From assembly GCA_048938855.1 (NCBI GenBank), contig JBHLLT010000001.1:320124-384123 (forward strand): a stretch of 64,000 nt of DNA. Reading direction: 5' to 3'. Made by a program: the position numbers and the translations under genes. Below, in pieces: positions 58,176 through 64,000 of this stretch. The notes under the pieces were generated by a model, which did no database searches, had not been told where the DNA came from, and saw only the letters and a list, made by a program, of their open reading frames with translations. The stretch is from Promethearchaeota archaeon. GTDB lineage: Archaea; Asgardarchaeota; Lokiarchaeia; Sigyniarchaeales; SOKP01. Numbering within the stretch: the stretch's first letter is position 1; each line of letters begins with the position of its first letter.

Positions 58176-59060
58176 CTAAATTAACTCCTGATTCACCTGT
58201 GGTAAAGAATTGATCAGGATTTTGATCGAATTATCGATTCCATTCTCCATATCTGGGTGAATTTCGTTTGATTTAAGTAAATCATATTTTGGATGGCCTG
58301 GCAAATCTGACACGGAAAGAATGGAACTAGTTTTTAGATTGTAGATTTTTCCTAATAAGAATAAAATTGAAGACTCCATATCAATACATTGCACGTTAAT
58401 TGAATCCAGTGCTCTTACAAAATCTAGACTCTCGCAAAATAGAGCATCGGTTGTCCATAAGTCTACTGCTTTTACTTTACCCCTTAAAAGTGATGTGTCT
58501 TTATTTAAAAGCACTTGATTTAATTTCTCATCGGGCTTTGATATAAAAATTGTTTGATTTCCCGTGAATAAGTTTTGAAATTTTCCTAATGGATTAGAAA
58601 TTGATTCAAGTTCATTCATTATAGCTGGGTATTCCCTAAAATATTGAGGACAGGTTCCATCATCGCAATAAGCCAACTTTGGTATTAATACATCTCCAAT
58701 ATTAATTGGGACAACCATATTTTCTATTCCACCACAAACATCAACTCGAATTATAATTTTTGTTTTACACCGCTTTAAAGCTTCTACTACCATAGCGCAA
58801 TTTGGTGCTCCAATTAATGAACGAATAATACTCACCTTTACATTGTTTAGCTCTCCATTATACACTCTTCCATAACTATGTTTATTTTGTAATTTCTGTA
58901 CTAATTTCTTCATCACTGTTTTAATTGCGGGAAGAATGACAATTTCATTTACGTTTGAGGGCCTTGTTTCTAAGATCATACGTACGACTTTCTCATCAAC
59001 CGAAATAAACTTTAAACCTACATTGAGCAACTCGCTTTTAATTCTATTAAACATTTTCAA
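58176..59060 (-). CDS. Purine/uridine nucleoside phosphorylase family protein
   Basis: IGAPNCAMVVEAL, IIRVDVCGG, IGDVLIP..A..DDGT, WTTDALF, IDMESS, VSD. Confidence 0.85.
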   Translation of the reverse strand: MKMFNRIKSELLNVGLKFISVDEKVVRMILETRPSNVNEIVILPAIKTVMKKLVQKLQNKHSYGRVYNGELNNVKVSIIRSLIGAPNCAMVVEALKRCKTKIIIRVDVCGGIENMVVPINIGDVLIPKLAYCDDGTCPQYFREYPAIMNELESISNPLGKFQNLFTGNQTIFISKPDEKLNQVLLNKDTSLLRGKVKAVDLWTTDALFCESLDFVRALDSINVQCIDMESSILFLLGKIYNLKTSSILSVSDLPGHPKYDLLKSNEIHPDMENGIDNSIKILINSLPQVNQELI

Positions 59061-59230
59061 TCAGAATTTAATTTATCTTAGTAAACCAAATATGAAATTT
59101 TAATTATAATCTATAAGTATTGTACTAATTATTTACCTACTTATAATTTTAAAGAATATAATTTAATATCTTAATAAAATACATTTATTTATATATATTA
59201 GTGAGAATTTGGATTTAACGTGGTATTGCA

Positions 59231-60523
59231 ATGAATAACAGGTTTATCGTCGATAATAAAATTACAAATGAATTCGTAGAAACATATACTAAAACAACTT
59301 ACAGAATAGTAGGAGATAACAAACATTCATCAATTAAACCTTGTCATTGGCTCGAACAAAGATTAGCAACGGGAAGAGATAATCGTAATTGTTATAAAGG
59401 AGTTTTTGGAATCCAAAGTCATAGATGTTTACAAAATACACCTTCATTGCCTTTTTGTAACCACCAATGTGTTTTTTGCTGGAGAGATATTGAGACTGGA
59501 TCACTAGGAAGTGAATTTGTTGTTGAACCAGATGATCCTAAAATTCTTATTGATGAAATGTTAAGACATCATAAAGATATAATTCAAAACCATTTACCCC
59601 TAAGGCGATACCTTGATAATTATGAAATTATGATTGATATCCTCTATTATATGCTTTTAAATTCTAAAGAAACCCATAGTATAGATTCCCTCAGTAATAA
59701 TATTCATGTTTCAAAAAATAAAATTGAACGGGCAGCCACTCTTCTGAAGAACCAAGAATTCATAAAGCCATTAAAATCTTTAAGTAATCAATTTAAATTA
59801 GATCATGATATAAATTCTTGTATTAGCTCTCGAGAAGAAATAGAAAGATTAATTAATAGAGCACTAACCACTCCTGATGAAATTATGCAGGCACACATTG
59901 AAGCTCTAAGACCAAATCACGCGGCTATATCTCTTGATGGGGAACCACTTTTATATCCAAGGATATCTGAATATATTCAGGAATTTAGGAATCGTAAAAT
60001 GACCACTTTTGTTGTTACTAATGGTACATTACCAAAAAAGATTATGAGTTTAGAATCGTATCCCTCTCAACTATATATCACATTACCAGCTTCTAATGAA
60101 CAAGTCTACAAGAAAGTGTGTCGTCCTATGATAAAAAATGGTTGGGATAAGATTATGGATAGTCTTGATTCGATAGAATCCTTATCTTGTAGAACTTTAA
60201 TACGATTTACTGCAGTAAAAAATTTGAATATCAATGAAGAACTAATAAAGGAATATGCTAAAATAATTGAAAAAGCGAATCCTAATTTTTTTGAAATTAA
60301 GGGTTTCACATTACAAGCCAGAGCTTTATTGATAAAGAATAGATTGAAAAGTGTCAAGGAAGTTAGTGATTTCTTTCCAGAATATGAATTTTTAGAAAAA
60401 TATGCTCAAAAATTTGAAAAAATTAGTGGCTTTCCTTTGATTTATAGAAATAAACCAAGCAGAGATTTTCTATTTGCCGTAAATTGGGATCAAAATAAAG
60501 ATCCAAGAATTTCTAATCCTTAA
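59231..60523 (+). CDS. taw1: 4-demethylwyosine synthase Taw1/Tyw1 (radical SAM) with internal insertion
   Basis: HSSIKPCHW, CYK..FGIQSHRCLQNTP, CNHQCVFCWR, HAAISLDGEPLLYP, TFVVTNGT, PSQLYI. Confidence 0.9.
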   Translation: MNNRFIVDNKITNEFVETYTKTTYRIVGDNKHSSIKPCHWLEQRLATGRDNRNCYKGVFGIQSHRCLQNTPSLPFCNHQCVFCWRDIETGSLGSEFVVEPDDPKILIDEMLRHHKDIIQNHLPLRRYLDNYEIMIDILYYMLLNSKETHSIDSLSNNIHVSKNKIERAATLLKNQEFIKPLKSLSNQFKLDHDINSCISSREEIERLINRALTTPDEIMQAHIEALRPNHAAISLDGEPLLYPRISEYIQEFRNRKMTTFVVTNGTLPKKIMSLESYPSQLYITLPASNEQVYKKVCRPMIKNGWDKIMDSLDSIESLSCRTLIRFTAVKNLNINEELIKEYAKIIEKANPNFFEIKGFTLQARALLIKNRLKSVKEVSDFFPEYEFLEKYAQKFEKISGFPLIYRNKPSRDFLFAVNWDQNKDPRISNP

Positions 60524-61154
60524 GATCTATGTATTTTTGAATTATTGCTTTTAATTTACCGAGATTTATTTTTTTTAAAGCCGAAAATTCTAAGTATGGT
60601 ATTATTGACTTATCTTTAGACTCATGGTCATTCAAATGGCTTAACTGTAAACCATATTCTTTTGATGTTTTAATAAATAATTCTATAATTTTTTTTTGAT
60701 CAACATTAGAGACTTTATCAATTTTGTTAATGAGAATTAAATATGGAATTTCAAATTCCTTTAAAAATTGAATCAATTCAAAACTTAATGGGATTGTTCT
60801 ATTATTTTGAATAAAATACTTTATAATCTCATCCTCAATTCTCAATATGTTTATTACTATTAACCCAAAAAAATAATCAGTAAAGTGCTTTTCAATATGA
60901 AGTACTATTTGTTTTTTAATATGTTCCCCTCTTCTTCGGCTAGATTGCCCCACATATCCAAAACCAGGAAGATCAACTATATTATAAGGTAAATTCTTTT
61001 GAGTATGAGATTTTATTAGTAAGGTACTACCTGGAATCTTACCAATTTTTCCTTTAAAATTTCTAGGATTAGGCATTAATAATTTAGTTATTGAAGATTT
61101 GCCTACATTTGAATTTCCTATAATTAATAATGATGGTTTTTTAGTCATTGTCAT
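60513..61154 (-). CDS. engB: EngB/YsxC-family GTP-binding protein
   Basis: GNSNVGKSS, GKIPGST, VDLPGFGY, INKIDK, FSA. Confidence 0.85.
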   Translation of the reverse strand: MTMTKKPSLLIIGNSNVGKSSITKLLMPNPRNFKGKIGKIPGSTLLIKSHTQKNLPYNIVDLPGFGYVGQSSRRRGEHIKKQIVLHIEKHFTDYFFGLIVINILRIEDEIIKYFIQNNRTIPLSFELIQFLKEFEIPYLILINKIDKVSNVDQKKIIELFIKTSKEYGLQLSHLNDHESKDKSIIPYLEFSALKKINLGKLKAIIQKYIDLKD

Positions 61155-61209
61155 TTACAAAAATCTTTAAACAATCAAGATAAAAATAACTACATTCTAC
61201 GGGAGACGC

Positions 61210-62103
61210 TTAGATATCTTTAAAAAAGTCGCCTTCCAAAAACTCTTTAAACATTTTCTTTTTCTCTTCTTCTTTTATAATAGGTCTTGTACTGATTGGT
61301 TCCCCAGCTTGCTCTAAAAGTTCTTTTAAAGTATCAACATTGACATTGATTTTAAATTTTCCATCTCTTAGAAATCTTACCACCTGTCTCTCATTCAGCG
61401 TCAATCTTAAAATATAACCTAATCCAAAATAAAATTGATGTTCAGGTATAGGATCGATTGGAGATTTACTTGTTACTTCTTTTAAAACATCGTAAAGCAA
61501 TGTTTTTGAAGCGATATTATCTTCCACATTAATGGTTAAATAATACAGAGCATGATACCATATCTTATCACGTTTATTTTTAATATATTCTAAAAATTTC
61601 TCAGTTGTTATAACTTCTTTTTTTTCAATTTTTTTCCTTTTTAATAGCTCTTGTTTAATCCTATCTTCCAACTCTTTAGATACAGCTTGATCATATTGAA
61701 TTTCACCTTCTGGTTTGGCTACTTCCTGTAATTCGTCTTGCTTTACGGATTCAATCGCTTCCTGCATTTCTCTTAATTCATCAAAATCGATTTCATCCAT
61801 ATCAGAAAAATCAGAGATCATGCTCTCCTTGATTTCTTCTTGACTCTTGATTTCTTCCACAAGTATTTCTTCAGAAATAATTTCACTGGAAATTATGCTA
61901 TCATCATGTAATTCTTCACTCTCTTTAACCTTTTCAATCGCTTCTTGTATTTCTTGAAGTTCATCAAAATCCAAATCTTCCATGTCAGAGAAATCTGTTT
62001 CAAGTGTTTTCATATCTCTAAGGTAAGCTTCCAAATCATCCTCTTCTAATTGATTTTCTTCCATAGATAAATCATCAATTTCTTCTTTTTGTTTTTCATT
62101 CAT
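61210..62103 (-). CDS. Hypothetical protein with acidic repeated N-terminus and wHTH-like C-terminal domain
   Basis: Two DFSDM...DFDEL.E.QEAIE.VK repeats; compact C-terminal domain KIWYHALYYL..FYFGLGYILRL..VVRF..GKFKIN. Confidence 0.6.
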   Translation of the reverse strand: MNEKQKEEIDDLSMEENQLEEDDLEAYLRDMKTLETDFSDMEDLDFDELQEIQEAIEKVKESEELHDDSIISSEIISEEILVEEIKSQEEIKESMISDFSDMDEIDFDELREMQEAIESVKQDELQEVAKPEGEIQYDQAVSKELEDRIKQELLKRKKIEKKEVITTEKFLEYIKNKRDKIWYHALYYLTINVEDNIASKTLLYDVLKEVTSKSPIDPIPEHQFYFGLGYILRLTLNERQVVRFLRDGKFKINVNVDTLKELLEQAGEPISTRPIIKEEEKKKMFKEFLEGDFFKDI

Positions 62104-62203
62104 AATATTTGAAAATGTAATTTATAAAATTCTTGATATTTATATAATTAAAATATTGACATTCGAATAATTAAAATTGTCCTAAATATTAATAGACTTT
62201 AGT

Positions 62204-62917
62204 ATGGAAAAAATTACTTTAAGTGACTATAAGGGAATAATTTTTGATTTAGATGGTGTAATTTATGATATTACTGAAGCTATAAAGAAAGCGGTAGACG
62301 ATGGTATTGAAAAATATCAATTGGAGAATATAAATCGTGATGACGTAATGGAGGAAATTGCTCATCTAATTGAAGAGATACAAAATTATCCTGTCCCTAA
62401 AATACTCTTAAATTCCTTTGAATTACTACAAGTAAAATTCCTTGAAGGACTTAGTTTTTTCAAGAAATTACGTATCGCTATTTTCTTATTCAACCAATTC
62501 AATAAATATAAGGAGGAAGAATCAACTCTTTTTAAAGGAGTCGATAAATTAATATCAAAGTTGGCTAAAAATGTGAAACTAGCAATATTAACAAATAATA
62601 AAAGCCAATACGCAGAGGAAGTACTAGAAAAATTTAATATCTCAGAATTTTTCGATTTAATAATAGGATTTAATGATGTAACAGAAGTTAAACCTAATCC
62701 CGAAGGCATCATAAAAATTCTTGATAAATGGAATTTGAAACCTTCCGATGCCATATTTATAGGAGATATGACTACAGATGTAGATGCTGGGAAAGCTGCT
62801 AAAGTTAAAATGATATGCGTTGCAAGCGGTTTAGCTCAAAAGCAAACATTACTCGAACATAAACCGGATATCTTAGTTGACAATACTGAAAGTCTAATTG
62901 AAATTTTCAACTTCTGA
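62204..62917 (+). CDS. HAD-IA hydrolase (phosphoglycolate phosphatase-like)
   Basis: IFDLDGVI, ILTNN, KPNPEG, FIGDMTTDV. Confidence 0.9.
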   Translation: MEKITLSDYKGIIFDLDGVIYDITEAIKKAVDDGIEKYQLENINRDDVMEEIAHLIEEIQNYPVPKILLNSFELLQVKFLEGLSFFKKLRIAIFLFNQFNKYKEEESTLFKGVDKLISKLAKNVKLAILTNNKSQYAEEVLEKFNISEFFDLIIGFNDVTEVKPNPEGIIKILDKWNLKPSDAIFIGDMTTDVDAGKAAKVKMICVASGLAQKQTLLEHKPDILVDNTESLIEIFNF

Positions 62918-63050
62918 ACCTATACTGTTTCTGAAAATATACTGATTTTGGTATTCTCTTCCTATTTATAACAAAAAGTTTTAGAAATGCTTAAAAGATC
63001 TTATTTTTACTATATAAAAAAGAATTATTAGAAAATATAATTCAGAGAAA

Positions 63051-63605
63051 ATGAGCAATAAAGCTTTTGGGTTTAAGATTGTTGTTGTGGGAGATGCAGC
63101 AGTTGGTAAAACTTCATTAATTAAAAGATATACAACAAATACGTTTGAAAAAGATTATATCTCTACCTTAGGGATGCAATTTTCAAGATATGAGGAAACA
63201 ATAAGCGGGATAATGGTTGAATTGTTTTTATGGGATTTAGCCGGGCAAGAATCATTTGCTACGCTACGTGATAGATTTTATAAAGGAAGTAGAGGTGCTA
63301 TTATTGTGTTTTCTCTTACTCCTGAAGAAATTGAATCTTATCATCATATTGATAATTGGTTAAGACATATAAAAGATGCTTGTGGGAATATACCAATAGT
63401 ATTATTTGGAAATAAGGCTGATTTAGTCGATCAAAATGCACTAGCATCTAGTCCTAATTATGAAACTTCAGATGTTCATGTTCAGAAATTTGCACAAGAT
63501 CGTAATATCAGTGAATATTTCAGAACAAGTGCTTTAACTGGACAAGGAGTTACAGAAGCATTTCAAACCTTAGTGAGGAAATTATATCATCGCGTAACGC
63601 GATAA
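63051..63605 (+). CDS. Rab-like small GTPase
   Basis: GDAAVGKTS, STLG, WDLAGQ, GNKAD, TSALTG. Confidence 0.93.
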   Translation: MSNKAFGFKIVVVGDAAVGKTSLIKRYTTNTFEKDYISTLGMQFSRYEETISGIMVELFLWDLAGQESFATLRDRFYKGSRGAIIVFSLTPEEIESYHHIDNWLRHIKDACGNIPIVLFGNKADLVDQNALASSPNYETSDVHVQKFAQDRNISEYFRTSALTGQGVTEAFQTLVRKLYHRVTR

Positions 63606-63811
63606 CAAATTCTCAAATTGCTCTTATCTTTTTATATTTAAGTTAAATCTAATTTTATATCGCCTTGTATATTGAGATAATATATTCTTTTTAATTTTAG
63701 GAGTATAGATCATTCATCGAATTAATGCTGATTAATACATTGTAAAAATTTAAAATATCTGATTTTTACTATTTAAAAAAGGAAATTAGTCATAAAGGTA
63801 GATTAAGCAAA

Positions 63812-64000
63812 ATGGCTGGTGAAGGATATGGTTTTAAAATTACCATAATAGGAGATGGCGGAGTAGGAAAAACATCCTTGATTAAAAAATATACCCAAGG
63901 AACTTTTCAGAAGGAGTACTTAGCAACATTGGGAACTCAATTTTCAAAATATGAAGAAGAAATTGACGGTGAGAAAGTTACTTTATTTCTTTGGGATATC
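63812..64000 (+). CDS. Rab-like small GTPase, 5' part (truncated by window end)
   Basis: Manual translation MAGEGYGFKITIIGDGGVGKTSLIKKYTQGTFQKEYLATLGTQFSKYEEEIDGEKVTLFLWDI. Confidence 0.9.
   Translation, partial: MAGEGYGFKITIIGDGGVGKTSLIKKYTQGTFQKEYLATLGTQFSKYEEEIDGEKVTLFLWDI

Noticed and set aside
59590-59875. Possible intein in Taw1
   Set aside because: No N-terminal Cys/Ser block, no His-Asn followed by Cys/Ser/Thr, and no LAGLIDADG motif.
1-64000. tRNA/rRNA genes
   Set aside because: No GC-rich structured intergenic segment or T-loop GTTC(G/A)A consensus seen by eye; a tRNAscan/Infernal run would be decisive.

Overview
AT-rich archaeal chromosome segment, almost certainly from an Asgard archaeon of the Lokiarchaeia type. 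This is inferred from archaeal informational genes (rps6e, rpl24e, rpoN, rpl7ae, rps28e, the rpoE-spt4-DUF359-rps24e-rps27ae-kae1-bud32 cluster, tfb, taw1) occurring with many eukaryotic-signature proteins: three Rab-like GTPases, an Arf-like GTPase fusion, two roadblock proteins, two gelsolin-domain proteins and two adaptin-appendage-like membrane proteins. I saw no tRNA, rRNA, CRISPR array or transposase. Beyond the ORF track I found an ATL DNA-repair gene and the true N-terminus of L7Ae, both lacking ATG/GTG/TTG starts, plus a probable kink-turn over the L7Ae ribosome-binding site, a small MCP-like remnant and a truncated third Rab at the right edge. The best candidates for undescribed biology are: (1) a TrmB-like protein split by a ~520-residue helical insert with an aromatic/basic motif at its midpoint, a possible DNA-membrane tether; (2) acsA divergent from a CoA-transferase-GNAT fusion whose catalytic Glu is replaced by His, a possible acyl-CoA-sensing acetylation switch; (3) paired polytopic membrane proteins ending in an adaptin/COPI ear-like module; (4) a pseudo-GTPase/alpha-solenoid protein near an Arf fusion; (5) a Taw1 with an inserted wHTH-like domain. 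All family assignments come from motif recognition by eye; no database searches were run.
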